Below are positions 1-22,513 of a stretch of 64,000 nt of DNA, in pieces. The notes below the pieces were generated by a model. It saw only the letters and a list, made by a program, of their open reading frames with translations. It was not told where the DNA came from and ran no database searches. Positions within the stretch are counted from its first letter, which is position 1; every line of letters starts with the position of its first letter. The DNA comes from Paragordius varius (taxonomy: Eukaryota; Animalia; Nematomorpha): NCBI GenBank assembly GCA_964247055.1, contig OZ176052.1:6510001-6574000 (forward strand), read 5' to 3'. A program made the translations under genes and the position numbers.

Positions 1-834
1 TAGTATAGTGTGATAGATCCGGGCGGCTGCACAAGCTCTGCATATCCCCCAAGCGATCCTATAATTATGCCAGATGTGGCAAAGATAACAATAAGTAATC
101 GTAAAGTCCGATAAGAGAGACTTGCAAGCAAAATCCAGGCAAATTGACATGTCAAATTAACATATTTACAGAATAAAGTTAGATAAATACAATTAAATTG
201 AATATAAATTAGGTAAATACAAATGGTCCAACCCCATAAGAGTAAATTCTACTAAAAGTTGCTACACAACATCCATCTGAAATTCAAAATACAATACAAC
301 CAATAATTTTAAAAAAATAAGGTATATCCACTAGGTATAAATAAAGAATTTTTTATAAGAACCAACTCAAGAGAAAAAGTCTAATAAGTACTCGAAAGAA
401 CGAAAATTAACAAAAAATATAGCCTATCTGAAAGCCGAAGGTTTAAACCATAGAATGCCTTTTTAGTATTTTTAAAAAAAATTTTGTATGTGTTAAAAAT
501 TCACTTGAAAAAAAAGACTAAATTTTGACGTTTAAGTCCGTACTATTTTTTTCTCTCTGATATTTAAATGACATATTTATATTCAAAAGATAGAGTTTAA
601 AACGCTTTATTAAATGATATTAATTTCATAATATAATAACATATAATTATAAAGTTATATTTAATTTTCTCTCGATTTTCACTTGTTTTTGAAAAATTGA
701 AAAACTATAAAATTTCAAAATTCTGATTGGCGGGATCAAAATTTTTTTCAAATTCGGTTTTAAACACTGAAATTGTCATAATTTAAAAAGTTTGGGTGGT
801 GGTGCTAAAAAATGTCCAAATTTGTCGACTAGTG
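1..834 (+). mobile_element. Right end of a Chapaev3-like (CMC) DNA transposon copy, cut by the window start
   Basis: 1-834 aligns by eye with 35775-36590 (e.g. aagcgatcctataattatgccagat; tctgaaagccgaaggtttaaaccatagaatgcct; aaaaatgtccaaatttgtcgactagtg). It ends in ...TAGTG followed by TTA, a TWA-type target site. Confidence 0.8.
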
Positions 835-1106
835 TTATCAATAATGGTTTTTACCCTTTTTAGCAATTTGGGTGGTGTTTTTGTAAATAGACACATAAAT
901 TTCCAATTTTGCGTCTCAATTGACTGCTCATCAATTCTATTATTTTTTGAAATTCAACCTATTTGGCACTTGACTACGAGGTTTATAATTTAAATTCTAA
1001 AAGCCCTACTTTAAAAAATTTATCAGTACGTATTAACGGACAAAATATTTGTCACAAATCAAATAAATAAATATTACAAAATCAGAAAATATTTGTAAAC
1101 TTTTAG

Positions 1107-4100
1107 GCTATTCCATTAATACCGTTGCAAGTGGATTATGATGTCGCGATCAAGAAACAATATTTGACATGCGTTTTATTGCCTCAAAAAGAGACAGAAG
1201 AACCATCTTTGGCATCAACGGAAGATAATAAAGTATTCAATACTTTATTATTTACGTTTTAACACTTTTTCATTTTGCAAAAACGCTTATAAAATAGTTT
1301 CTTGATTTATAAACTCTTTCAAATACAAACTTCCTTTTTTTAGTTTATTTATATCATTAAATCATATCATCCGATCATTATAATTTATAACCATAATTAG
1401 GGAACGTCAATAATATTTATAATTAGGCAAATTATATTGTATAAATGCTATATTTTAAGGATGGAACTCTGACTACTGAAGATGGTAGCAAAGATAGCGT
1501 CTGCAACAAAAAACTCAAGTCTCGTGTAACTTTTGATTTAGTAGCTAATGGGCCCAATGGTTATTCGTTTTTTATGTGTTAATTTACAGTTTTTTCCATG
1601 ATTTTACATATAACATTTATGTCATTACAATTTATTAAACTCAAATAAATTTTGATTTAAAATAAAAAATATTTATTTAACATGAATTTAATTTTTGGAT
1701 TATTTTTTATATAAGTCATATTTATTTTAAATAGGTATATTGCAGTAACTCAGTTTTATTTTTGCATTTAATATGAATAGTTACACATATATTCTGGAAT
1801 ACATTTAGTTAAGCTTAATTTCAATATAAAACCGCTTAATAGATTTTCACTCATATGTTTTGCGTAATATTAAAACAGGTAATGGGATTTGGGAACGATT
1901 AAACAATAAATTCATTAAAGATAGAGTTGCCTCTTCCGAGCTAGCCGTGGGATCTAAATTGAATTCAACAGCGGCTCCACGAACTGAATTAAAGAGTATC
2001 TTAAATTTTCCAAAGATGTCTTCCAATATTGCCTTAAATCCCAGCATTATTGCATCAAATGGCATTGATTTTACTCAGGAAAAAACAATGACTCAATCAA
2101 ACACACCTCTTAATAATATGTTCAATAATAATGATAATAACTGGAATACTGAAAATACAAAGTATACCTCAAAATTGAATTATGATGAAAGCTATGACCT
2201 TTCACATTTTATTAATGGCGGCCAACAAAAACAACAACAATATGAAATTAGGAATAATAATTTTAAAACAAGTTATCAGGCTCCATCTTCACTTTCTTTG
2301 CAGGGTCAAGCTTCTCATCAGTCAGCCGTTCCTCCAATAATCACATATAACCTTAGTAATTCTTCCGGTTATTCTAGCGATGGTGAAATAACAAGACATA
2401 ATATAAGCACCATGATTAACAATACCATAAATAATAATAATAATAGTGATAATCTAAATGGCAACTACTTGGATTCCCATCTAAACAATGGTAATTATGT
2501 TACAAATAATAACGCCACCTCTAAATTACTATCTTCCAACGGGCTTAAAGTTGAATGTTCGGAATGTCGCAAAAAAATACACAATTACACCGTTACCCTG
2601 GGTAATAATCCACAGAGATTGGCCGACATTGAAGAAAGGTCCGAAAAGGCTTCCCCCCTTAAACTTCAACTCTCCCCTAAAAGTTCTTCCGACCATCAAA
2701 TGCTGATTGATAATGGGCAAACCAAAGAAAATTTGAGTCATCTTTCAACGGGTCCAATAAATAATTGGCACACTCAACAACAAAAGGTTGTTAAACCACC
2801 CTATATTCGAAATTCTTTAACTATAACGGATATTTCCGAGTATACAAATCATTTAGCAAAACCTTTGCTTTCTAACACAAGTAGTGTTCATGCACGTTTT
2901 GCTCACCATTTAGAGCAGAGAGGTGGCCAAAATAATTTAGGTGGCAACATACATTGTAATATCGGGAAAAATGAGGGAAATGCCATACATTCCAATTATG
3001 ATTTGTTTAATTATGGAAAAATGGGGACATCATCAAGTAATCGTGTGGATGATAAGGCATTTATTCTAAACAAGTTTTTGGCTGATGGAAACACGGGCAA
3101 CAATAGTAAAAATAATCAGGCTTGTATGAAAATTCATAGCGGTATGATTGATAAAACTAAACCAATCCATCATTCATCGCGTGTAAGAATTTTAGATCCA
3201 ATCAGTCAAGGAAATATAAATAGCAATAACAATGTTAATCATGCGTCTATATTAAGTCCTCCAGCATTGCGTGGATATCACAGTGACAGCGAACGCATAA
3301 AGTTAGAAAAGCGGGCTCTGATCGGCCAAAGTATTAATGAGAGGATTCAACAGCTTCAGCTTGCAAATATGGTAGGGTAATTACATATCATACATCATTT
3401 GATTACCCTGAAAATAATTAGTTTATTCAGTACGATTGATTAAGCATTTCTGTTTTAATTTTTAGTTATAATAGTTTTTTTTATTTGAAATTACTTATGT
3501 GCATTTAAATCAGTGCTATGCATAAACATTATATACATATTTGCAAACTAGTCGTTGACATACGGATAACACTTGTTAAACTATGTTTATTGTTTGAAAG
3601 CAGCTTTAAATCGGCCAAAACATTTCACATATACCATTTGCACTTCAAGAGTTCCCTGAACATCTAAAGTTGGTCTTTGAACATTTTAAGTTGGTCTTTC
3701 AACTTCAAATTGGTCATTAAACTTTTTAAGTTTGGATTTAACCATAAATTTTTTCATGTATTTATTTATTTTATTATTTTTTAACAATATTATTCATAAC
3801 ACACCGTACATAAAAAATAACCTGATGAAATATATAATTCTGATAAAATCGTATCAGGATTATGATGGTGCTTTTGGTTTTGGTTCTTACGCGTGATTTA
3901 AGAAAGTATACACCTTTGTGGTGAGTGCTCCATATCAGAAAATGTCAAAATTTGCACACATTTTTTAAATCGATTTTTTTAATGGAGGCTTCATTCCAAA
4001 AAATATCACTAAAATATATTTATTATAAGCTACGTATAAAAGCAAAACAATATTTTCAAATTTTTTTAATGTTTAGATGTGGGCTCCGAAAAACCCAAAT

Positions 4101-7056
4101 TTTTTCGCTCTCCTAAAATGATCTAATCCTCTTAAAATAAAAGAAAAAATGCCGGTGACCGATAAAAATTTTAAATATATGCTAAATTTTGATATGAACT
4201 AAAAATAGGTTTGAAAAAATGCATATTTTTAAAAATTTAATTTTTAGATAAATTTTGTTCAAGCGTATATCAAACTATATTGCTTGATGGAAACGGTATA
4301 AAAACGCTTTAAACATTAAAAAACACTTTTTCTATATAATTTGATGTTGCTAAACATTTCTGTCATGTTCAGCATCATTGAATAATATAGAAAAAGTGTT
4401 TTTATAATATCCTATAGTGTTTTTAAACCGTTTCCATCATGGCTCAAAATAATATGAAATAAAGTTCAACAAAATTTTGCTAAAAATTAAATTTATGAAA
4501 AAAAGTATGCATTTATTCAAAATATTTTCAGTTGATATTAAAATTATTTAGAATATATTATAAACTTTTTATCGAGAAATCCCGGCATTTTGCATTATTT
4601 CAGGAGAGCGAAAAAATATGGGACTTTCGGAGCCCACATCTAAAATTTGTAATATTCTTATTTTTAATGTAGTTTATTATATAATTTAGGGATTTTTTTG
4701 CAATAAAACCTCTAGCGTTCGCCAAAAAATTATTTAAATGCACAAATTTCGCCATTTTCTAATATGGAGCACTCACCACAAAAGTGTAAACTTTCTTAAA
4801 TCATTCGTAAAGGCCAAAAGCACCATGATAATGATACATTTTCCTATCAGATATATTTCATCAGGGTTTTTATAATCCCCCTTTCCAATTTTAGACGCTA
4901 AAAGTTAATTAAATAAGTATAGGTTAAAAATAATAACGTATATGAATGATACACGGTTTGATTGATAAAAGTTAAAAATAAAATGAAAAAGTTAGAGGAA
5001 CTTGAAGTGTTCAAGGATTAACTTGAAATGTTTAATTACCTACTTAAAGTGTTTACAGACACTCTTGAAGTGCAAATGGTATAAATCACACCATTTCGCC
5101 ATGTCTAAGTATATTTTTATTAAGATATTGGTAGATATTATAGTTTTTATTTGGTTTTGAAATGATGTCTTGCAAGTACCGTCGTCCAGCTCCTAGCCAA
5201 TAAGTTTTTGTTTCTTTTTTGACTGTCAAACTTTTGCGCATTTATTTTAAAGAATCAGAAATTAGTTTTTATTATTGTATTGTATTATACTAGAGTTAAA
5301 TATTTAAATTTAAACAAGCCTATTTTATGTGTAGAATAGAGAAATGCCTCCCATTCGTCGATCCAACTCATTTAAAAACGACAGGATTGACTTTGTAACA
5401 TTTTTGGGACCGCATGGAAACAACGGGTTAACCATATTATTTTAAAAACCAGTGTCAATTTACTTAAAACTAATATAAAAAATTTTTTTAAATATAAAAA
5501 CGATACAAATTTTAAAAAAGTAATGTTGAATAATTTAAATACGGATTAAAATTATATAATTAATATAAATTTTATTTTATATTGTTTTAGGGGACAAACA
5601 AATCTACAATCTGGTAAGCTTTTTATATATTGAATTACTTTATCCTTTTATGGTTAACTATCATTATAATTTGCAAAATATGATAAGCATTTGTTACATG
5701 TAAGTCATTATATTTTTAAATTATTTTTGGATTAATATTTTGCCTGAAATTACTGTTACCAATAAGCGACAGATTTAAAATACAGTCCGCGTATTTGTTT
5801 AAGACTTATTAAATTTTTTGTTCATATATTTAGGCGACATATGTCATGGGCGTAGTTTATCATATAGCTACCAGCCTAATCTCTATGATTCACGATACGT
5901 CCCCACCGCCCTAACTTGTTTACAGGGAGTAATTAGGGACTCTCATGAACCATTTCAGGATTCTTATAAAAACGATAAAAGTGATAAGTATTTGCAACAT
6001 GCCGCAAAGTACCCTCATAAAAAATGTTTGCTCCATAAACACCAAGAAACGTTAAAAGAGTGTCCCCTTCACGCCAAAAAGTGCAATAAAAATAATTTCA
6101 ACCCAACTACTGCATTTAGACCCGATTCGTCGTCTTCCAATACGTCATCATCCCAAGGGTGTAAGGATAATTCATGTAGTGGACCACCAAACAATCATCC
6201 TATAAACATAACCAATGTTACAGTTAAAAAGTCTTTCCGGGATAGATTTAGTTTTTTAAAGCACAAGAAAAAAGACATGGATAAAGCTAAGATAGATAAA
6301 CGAGGTAAATGCAAAGTAAATACAACTACGGACAATCCTGATATCGTAACAAGTAAAAACAAACAAGACATGTTTTCACAACAGAAGTCTTGCGCTAGGA
6401 TACAAAAATTGCAATCGCCCCTGATAAAAGGTCGCAAAAAGTGCCCTATTCATTCCAAGGAGTATGGGATAGATCCAAAAATGATAGATAAACTTAACAA
6501 ATGCGATTATCATACGGGTGAGTTGGAAGATGAGATGAATCGTTACATCCCAAGAGCTGTTGATATAACCCCTGATTTTATAATAGGAAGGGACCAACAA
6601 AATCATAATTACGATCCAAATAATAAAAATTCGTACGGTAATATAATGGAAGAATCAGTTTCCATAAAACATGAATATCAATCCGGTATAATACTCGATA
6701 TTCTACTGGCAAAGCGACAAAATGAACTAGGTTTCAGCATAATAGGTGGAAATACCGGAGTTTACGCAGAAAATGAAGGCTCTAACACTAATGGTAAGAA
6801 CAAAATGTGTACACACCATTTAACAGAAAATAATTTAGGTATTAAGAATAACCCCAAAAATTTAAACTTAAATGGAATAAGAGTGAATAAAATATTACAT
6901 AACGGACCGGCTGATAAAAGCTTAATTCCAGGTGATTTAATTCTGGCTGTAAATGGTATAAATTTTGATGACATGGAACATGAAAATGCGGTCAAAGTAC
7001 TGAAAGCTACAGGAAATATTGTAAAATTAACTATATTTCGCAATAATACATGCTAA
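1107..7056 (+). CDS. LAP-family (LET-413/Erbin/Densin-like) protein, 3' exons with LAPSD-like motif and one C-terminal PDZ; LRR exons presumably upstream of the window
   Basis: Phase-compatible exons 1107-1232, 1460-1559, 1843-3371 (or 3376), 5335 (or 5340)-~5426, 5591-5613, 5834-7056. The first exon AIPLIPLQVDYDVAIKKQYLTCVLLPQ resembles the LAP-specific domain after the LRRs. The last exon has PDZ motifs LGFSIIGG...GIRVNKILHNGPA...LIPGDLILAVNG...HENAVKVLK. The middle is long, N/S-rich and low complexity. Confidence 0.8.
3632..5081. mobile_element. MITE family A (TIR TACCATTTGCACTTCAAG, TA-flanked) with a nested foldback element
   Basis: TA|TACCATTTGCACTTCAAGAG at 3632 and CTCTTGAAGTGCAAATGGTA|TA ending at 5081; 21-bp subterminal repeats in both arms; lies in a LAP gene intron. 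Confidence 0.85.
3821..4866. mobile_element. Foldback/MITE family B, a ~1.05-kb imperfect palindrome
   Basis: cctgatgaaatatat...ggtgagtgctccatat...agatgtgggctccgaaa in the left arm is mirrored in the right arm (tttcggagcccacatct...atatggagcactcacc...atatatttcatcaggg). Related pieces at ~18190-19060, ~28170-28800, ~41560-41700, ~43500-43690. Confidence 0.8.
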
Positions 7057-8919
7057 TTTTTTATAATTACGTAAAATATATGTGTAAAGAATTATTTTTT
7101 TCCCACTTTTTATATTCAAAATGATTTAACCTTGTATGGGTTAAATAGCCAAAATAGCCTATTATTATATATATTGCAAGATCTCTTTCTAGTGTCAATA
7201 ATAACTTTTTAAGATATAATTTCATATATTCAAAATAATAAATAAAATTGAATTGAATTATTAAATAGATAGCTGTTTCTAGAAATTCCCTGACATTCCG
7301 TCTTCAGGGTATCGTGATTTTTTGCTTCCAGATTTTGAGTATTGTTGTCCCATATTATTGGTGGTTCATTAACTCTATATTTTGTGTGACTAAAAAATAA
7401 TTATAATTTTATCCATTTATCATGTCTTTTTACGTAACCGTATTAGCCGAGTGGAAAGATTAGAATGGTTTTGACATAAGTAGCATGTTAGTTTGTTTAT
7501 CATTATGAGAGACTGTTTTCTTAAATGTATTATTTTTTTGTATACTGAGGACAGGGTTTGTGTTTTGGTTTGTCATGTTTCTTAGGCATAAATTATTATG
7601 CTCTTTGAAAAAGGCGACGAAATATTTTATACAAAAAATTATCTATTAATATTAAAAATTTAATAAACATGTTGGCAAAAAAATCTAAAATGATATGTAT
7701 TATTACCAATTTTTTATTGTGTGGTTCGATATTGACTTAAATAATTCAATCTGCCATGCCTTTGAACTTAGAAAGAAATCATACCAATAACTGCAAATAA
7801 AAATAAATCCTCTCGGATAATTTGGGTTTGTAGAGCGCTTGTTTTATTTTGCTCAATATAATTGTTTGTACCAATCTGTCAATACGTATATATACGTTTT
7901 CGCATTACATTATTTAGAGTTATAATCATTTTATTAGTTAGTTTTTATGGTAAAAATATTTTTTGAATGTAAAGCTACTTGCCAATCTGTGTTGCAAATA
8001 GAGTAAAATTGCTTCACGCGCTTAAACGCACATTCCTTAAGATTATAAAAGTTTTACAATTTTGATTTTGAAATCGTATGTTTATATTTTGATGGTATAC
8101 TAATCATGTTGCAGATCACAGTAATCATTACTTCAAATAGGATAATATTAAATTACATTTAATTTAAATTAGTGGTTATTCATATATAATCATAAAGGCA
8201 GAACCTGAATAAAAAAATTAAATATATAATACCAGATGATAAAAGGGAAAAAAACCAACTTTCCTAAAAAGAGGTATAAAGAGTAAGTCAGAAAATAGGC
8301 CCACAAAAAGGAATGACTGTTCTATATTAGGTCAAGCTTACCGAATTAGATTGAATCATTTAAATTAATAATATTTGCTTATTGTAACAGAATTATTTGA
8401 ATGGTTTCATGAAAAAATAGGAAAGTATTTATAAAAATAATTTATTTTTCATTACAATATAAATATTTTCTAAAATTGTATTGATATGGTTTGATATAAC
8501 GTGGTTTATTAATGCCTCTCTTTCACATACTTTTTTGTAAATGATGCTAATTATTTGTTTTCGATCCTTATATGATAGCTATTTATTATTTTTTTACCTA
8601 TCTAATGATATTCTATATTTTTTACCATTTTTTCGGTTTTGCCAAAATTCGATTCAAAATATTAATTTTACGCTTGTCCTAGCATTAAGTAATTAAACTA
8701 TATATTTATTAAAACATAAATAAGTTTTGAACTGCAAACATTAAATTTGAGTACTAAGTATTCAATATATATGTGTCTTGTATAGAGATATATATATTAA
8801 GATTTGTCATTTGAAATATGGCTTTGATGAAACATACAATTTAGACATAAAATATACATTAATAAAGACTAGTTAAAAGTATTGCAATAAAAGTATTTGT
8901 TTCCAATTAATTGTCGAAT

Positions 8920-17300
<8,381 letters not shown>

Positions 17301-17811
17301 TGATTAATGTGCGAAAAACGAAGGGCAAATAAAGACACGCTATGCAGCTGTTTACCACACAAAAGAGGTATCACAACATATGCAATTTATTGCAGAATAT
17401 ATCATATCCCATTATTTTTTACATATGAATTTTAAAACGCATACATTTAATATTTAGTCAAAAGAATTTTAGGGTTATAAAGATATATATACTAAACCAA
17501 AGTTTTGATGATATTCTTGGATTATTTTTTTTTATTAGATTGCTTATTATGGTCCACGACCCTGAATAATTTCATAAGAATATTTTTCATATTAAATATG
17601 CTTTGAGTCTATGTGCTAATGAAAATCATTTGTTTTAAAAAATTAATCTAGTACGATTGCGGCTACGTTGTCTGCAGCCATTTACTTTATCAATTATTAT
17701 TGAAAACATGACGGAAATAGCAATTTTTGCATTCGTCCTATATTTGGCAAAAAAGCTTAATATTTACATTTATAAAAAATACAGTTAGGTGTTTTTTCTT
17801 TTATATATAAA

Positions 17812-17940
17812 GGTTAAGGTTTTATCAGGGCATGGAAAAGAACACTCGCCTACGCAGGGCTGATAGTGATGATTGAATATTGTTATGAACTTTGGTACTC
17901 TACATACATTTACAAATTCGGCGTTCTACCAATTAACGCC
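17812..17940 (-). mobile_element. Degenerate copy of a tRNA-derived SINE
   Basis: Shares aacact(c/t)gcct...cagggctga(t/c)agtgatgat and ggcg..ctacc...acgcctt with 34292-34482; the B box is decayed. Confidence 0.65.
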
Positions 17941-18189
17941 TTAAATTTAAGGAAATGAAACTATGTTCAGACAAATGCTAGATGATGGTTTATTTAAGGA
18001 TAATTAAAATAATATATATTATTGTTTTGAATAATCGAAGCAGTAACTCATCGTTCGTAATTTAATTGCAATTATTCAAGGTTAAGGATTGCGGATAAAT
18101 TCGCTTAGGTCTTTAAAATCTTTAGTTTAGCAAAGACGCTAAATAATTGTCCAATTACACAAAGCACACAGATATATATATTGTTAGGT

Positions 18190-19060
18190 AAATGTATGAT
18201 TATCATGGTGCTTTTGTTGGCCTTTATGAGTATAAAGGAAAGTTATTCCCATTTCTGTGGTAATTCTCCATATCAAAAAATAGATGCCATTTTGTTAAAT
18301 AACTTTTTTAGGTGAAAGCTAAATTCATTTAATAAATATCATTTAATATGATAAATTCTACATAAAACAATATTTGTATAAAAATTATAAGTTGTGTTCT
18401 GAGAGTCTCAAATTTTTATACCGTCTTAAATGGGCAATTTCTACGCCTAAAATTTGATAGCGATAAAATTAAATGTGATGAATTTGTACACAAAAACGAT
18501 TTCCGAAAAATTTGATTTTTTGCTTATAATTTAATTGTTAGCATCGCTTAAGGGAGCTTTATGGTACATAGAAGAATGTGGGAAAGGGAAAAACAATTAA
18601 AAATTTATGAACACTTTTTTATATAATTCTATGATGGTAAACCATTCTATTACCCTCCACAAGTTTAAGTTATATTTATGATGTGTTTATTATAAAGATT
18701 TATTGGGTAGAAATTTTTGTTATGTAAAAATTTAACTATTTAAGATTGCGAAATATTGGCCTCGTTTCGATTAATCTAAGAATTGCGCATGTAGGACGTG
18801 TCCGAAAATTTGAAACTTTCGGAGCCCACATCTAAATTTTTTTATAACGTTTTGCTATGTTTTGTGAAATATTTTAATGATATTTTTTTAAACGAAGTAC
18901 TAAGCTTTCACCGAAAAAAAATATATAACAAAATGTAAATTTGGCAATTTTTTGATATGGAGCAGTTACCAAAAAAGTGTAAATAACTTTCCTATAGCAC
19001 TCATAAGTCCCAAAAAACTACCATGATAATTCTTTTACACTTTGCTATCACAATATATAT
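18190..19060. mobile_element. Foldback family B copy
   Basis: atcatggtgcttt...ctccatatcaaaaaat in the left arm; tttcggagcccacatctaaattt...gatatggagcagttacc...ccatgataat in the right arm. Boundaries approximate. Confidence 0.7.
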
Positions 19061-20589
19061 AGTTTATCATTATTATTATATATCCCCCGATTAACTATTT
19101 TTAATAATTAAAAAATCTGTGAAAAGATTCGTATGGCTCTTGTACCCAAAAATTAAATCTTGGATCCGTGTATACTTTAATTGTATATTACGGTATGAGT
19201 AAATATACATTGCTTGTTTTAATTATTGTCGAATGGCATATACTGCAAAGGGCAGTTATTGGCACATAGTTATTTTTTTCAATTTTTACTATTAGCCAAT
19301 AATAATTCTCTTTGTTGCATATGCTATTTAGCAATAATTAATGAAAACAATATATAATTACTCTTGTATTTCCACATATTAAAAATACTGTCACGAGCCA
19401 AAAACCTCATAAACTCCATAATGTATATCCCACGATGCCCCACTTATAGGCGTACACAATATATTATTTTAGTATGAGTTGTTCAATTTAAACAAAACTA
19501 TTAGTTATTCATCATTAAAAAATTAAATATATATTTCGTCCCAATTTATTATATGAAATATCACAGATCTTTTTTTATATCATCATGGAAGTGCATATCA
19601 ATAGGTACAATAAATTTATGGCACGTAAAAATTTGCATTTAATTGTAGTTTTTGTTAACGTTGTAGTTTTTGTTAACGACGGAACCGTAAAAGGATGATT
19701 TACAAAATTTTCCATGGCTCTATAAAAAATATATAATCATGATATTAATTTAAAGGCTGAATTTTTCCAATATATTATATTTGTTTATAGAAATATTTAC
19801 ATGATAAGACCATCATAAAAAATTATGCCATACATCATTATATGTGTCGGAATTTCAGGCATGTCAATTTTTTGGTGTGTGGCCCCAAGAAAAACGGTTT
19901 TGAATCAAATGATAATAGGAACGGTTTTAAAAAAATCGGTTACGGTTTTAATGTTTTTCGTTCTAATGGTTTTGATTTCGGTGTTTAAGCCTATAAGGAG
20001 CCCATTATTTTGATGGAGGTGTTTAAATAGCCAAATATATATGGATTAAAAATTTTTGTCTACGGCAAAATTAAAATAGCACACAATTAGTCAATCTGGG
20101 ATTAAATAATATATTAACATCCATTTTTGGTCAGTCTAATAAGCACATACTTAATCACAATTGTATCTGTGGAGATATTAAGGAGCTTAAGGAGCAAAAT
20201 AGTAAAAGTGTTTCCGCCTAAAGCAAAAAAGAAAACTTACGCAAAATATAAAACTGCTCTAAATCTTCGAAGGTGATCGTTCAAAAGTGAAAATCATCGA
20301 ATATCAAATTTGATTTTATAATCTAGAATAAACAGCAAACGTCTATAGTACATCTAGATTAATATTCTGAAAGGCGTAAACTCACTGTCCAGAACAAGTT
20401 AGGTTTTAGACAGCCAAGAACATAGTTGAAGGGTTGTGCGTTGAAAAGAGGAAGCTTTTAGCAAAGGATCGTGGTTAAAAATTATGTTAATTTGGATGTT
20501 CAGCCTAAAATAAAACTACAAAGCATGTGTTGGACACCCCTGGTTTATACCTCTAAAAACTAATATTTAGTTATTAAAAAATATTATTA

Positions 20590-21530
20590 TTAAATAATCC
20601 GGCAAACTTTCACATATTCCATAATATGGTGTAATCTAACATCTTGGGGATTGATTTGTTCCAATTCAGTGAGATATTTATAAAGATTGTTGACACAATC
20701 ATGGTAACCTTTTTCACGGCTTTGCCGAATAAGAATTTTTATTTCTTTAACTGTTACACTACGGTCTAATATTAACAAAATTAAAAATATATCAAATTAA
20801 TTTTTTTAATTCATCACATGTTACCTACCTTTTGGTAAATTAAAATGATAATATTGCAAGGATTTGAAATAGTCCACAACATGTTTGGCGATGTCTTTAT
20901 CTGAGATATCCATTTCATCACCCTTTTTTATATAAATAATATTTACAAAATTATGGAATTTCAGAGATTACAATTAAGCTTTTGCGTTTAAATGATCCAT
21001 GGTGTAAACAATTATTTTTTGCTATATTTTAATTTAGTACCCTGTGAATGAGTTGTTAAACCGAATTAAATTTGTTTACCTGAATAAGCCATGAGATGCC
21101 CACTCAGGGGGCCATTTACCTCCTATTTTTCATTTATATTTTGCATTTTTCTTGAAAAAAGTATAGCTAAACTCATTTTTCGAGCCATAAAAAATTTAAA
21201 TCTTTTGAGCTTCCTTATGCACCAAGATGCCTTGTTAAATGCTCATTCACTTGACCCTTAACTTTTTATGTCATGGCATATATTTTATATATTTTGCTAT
21301 CTTAACCATGTTTCCTTTTCTTAAAAATAACTTATTTTGTTTAACAATGGGATTGGGTAGATATAAAATAAGGAAATTATCAAAAAATTAACCAAATAAC
21401 GCAAAGTGCATGATAAATTCTGTAAAGACTAAATACATATCTATCTTACATCTTCAATTATATCACAAAGATCCGGGACGTATCGGGCAATATGCACCAA
21501 ATACCTATGTACTAAATCATTCAACTCCAT
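20590..21530 (-). CDS. Putative 3-exon gene for a 116-aa protein of unknown family
   Basis: Exons 21530-21450, 20922-20829, 20765-20590 (81+94+176 = 351 nt); donors gtaaga and gtaggt, AG acceptors, compatible phases. Product MELNDLVHRYLVHIARYVPDLCDIIEDGDEMDISDKDIAKHVVDYFKSLQYYHFNLPKDRSVTVKEIKILIRQSREKG...KVCRII*. No recognisable homology. Confidence 0.55.
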
Positions 21531-22513
21531 ATTTCTATCTATATATAATATAAAGAATTAAAATAAACGAGATATGATCACCAAAGATAATATTTAATTA
21601 GGAAAATAATAATTTCTAATCGTTTTATAATACATGCAATTCATTTTTTTGTATGATAAGTTATAATTTTAAATCAAGTAAAATATTAGGGTAATGAGTT
21701 TATAGGAACCAATAAACGATAAAATTCCAAAATGTTTAATATGTATTTTTTATTATATTTTTGAAAAAAGTTAATTGGAAATACCTGCTTTAATGTAGAT
21801 AGCCCACTATTTAAGGGATGATACCATAAAATAGTTATTTAAATCATAGAATAATTTATTTATGATGTCAACAACATTCTATATACATATATATACGTGG
21901 TAACAAAAAAAGTTAAATAAAAATTCATGGTAATGGATAACATTCCGATTGCTATTGAAACTTTTAAAAGAATTAAATATCAGCTGATTAAAAAGGCAAT
22001 AATTAGCGTACAGGGGTAGCTTCACTTTATATTTATACTTTTAGAGGGTTTAAAAATGTAATTAAAAAAATCCGAGAGGATTTTTGGGATATTGTCATAA
22101 TAGATCAGTGGTAGTCAAACCGCGGCTCTAAAAGTCCATTTTTATAGCTCTGAATTATTCATTCATAATTTTTATCCTACTTAGAGTATTAATATCTGCT
22201 TATGTGTCAAATAGTGCAATATTTTACGGTATTATATAGTGAATGGACATGATAATTATGCTGTCCTATAAAACTTTCGGTGAGTTGTTTTGAGAGATAG
22301 ATCATCATTATCGGATTGAAAAAAAATCAAACGCACATTTTGAATATTATTTTCGATGTTCATACTACAAATATTATTTATTTATAATAAATATTATAAG
22401 TTAAGGGTATATATGTGTCACTATATATGGGTGAATATTTAATTTAAATATAATAGTTAATAACAAAAATATATTATTTTATTTAATCGACCATTACTAA
22501 TAATCCAGACATA

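Noticed and set aside
1847-7043. Several short antisense or alternative-frame ORFs overlapping the LAP exons (likewise 13122-13580, 54998-55321, 55510-55713)
   Set aside because: Shadow ORFs of real coding or TE sequence with no independent motifs or splice logic.
7265-7315. Minus-strand CTGAAGA...GAAAC motif resembling a second hammerhead
   Set aside because: No G-C pair closes stem II, stem III cannot form properly and there is no complementary stem I; at most a decayed relic.
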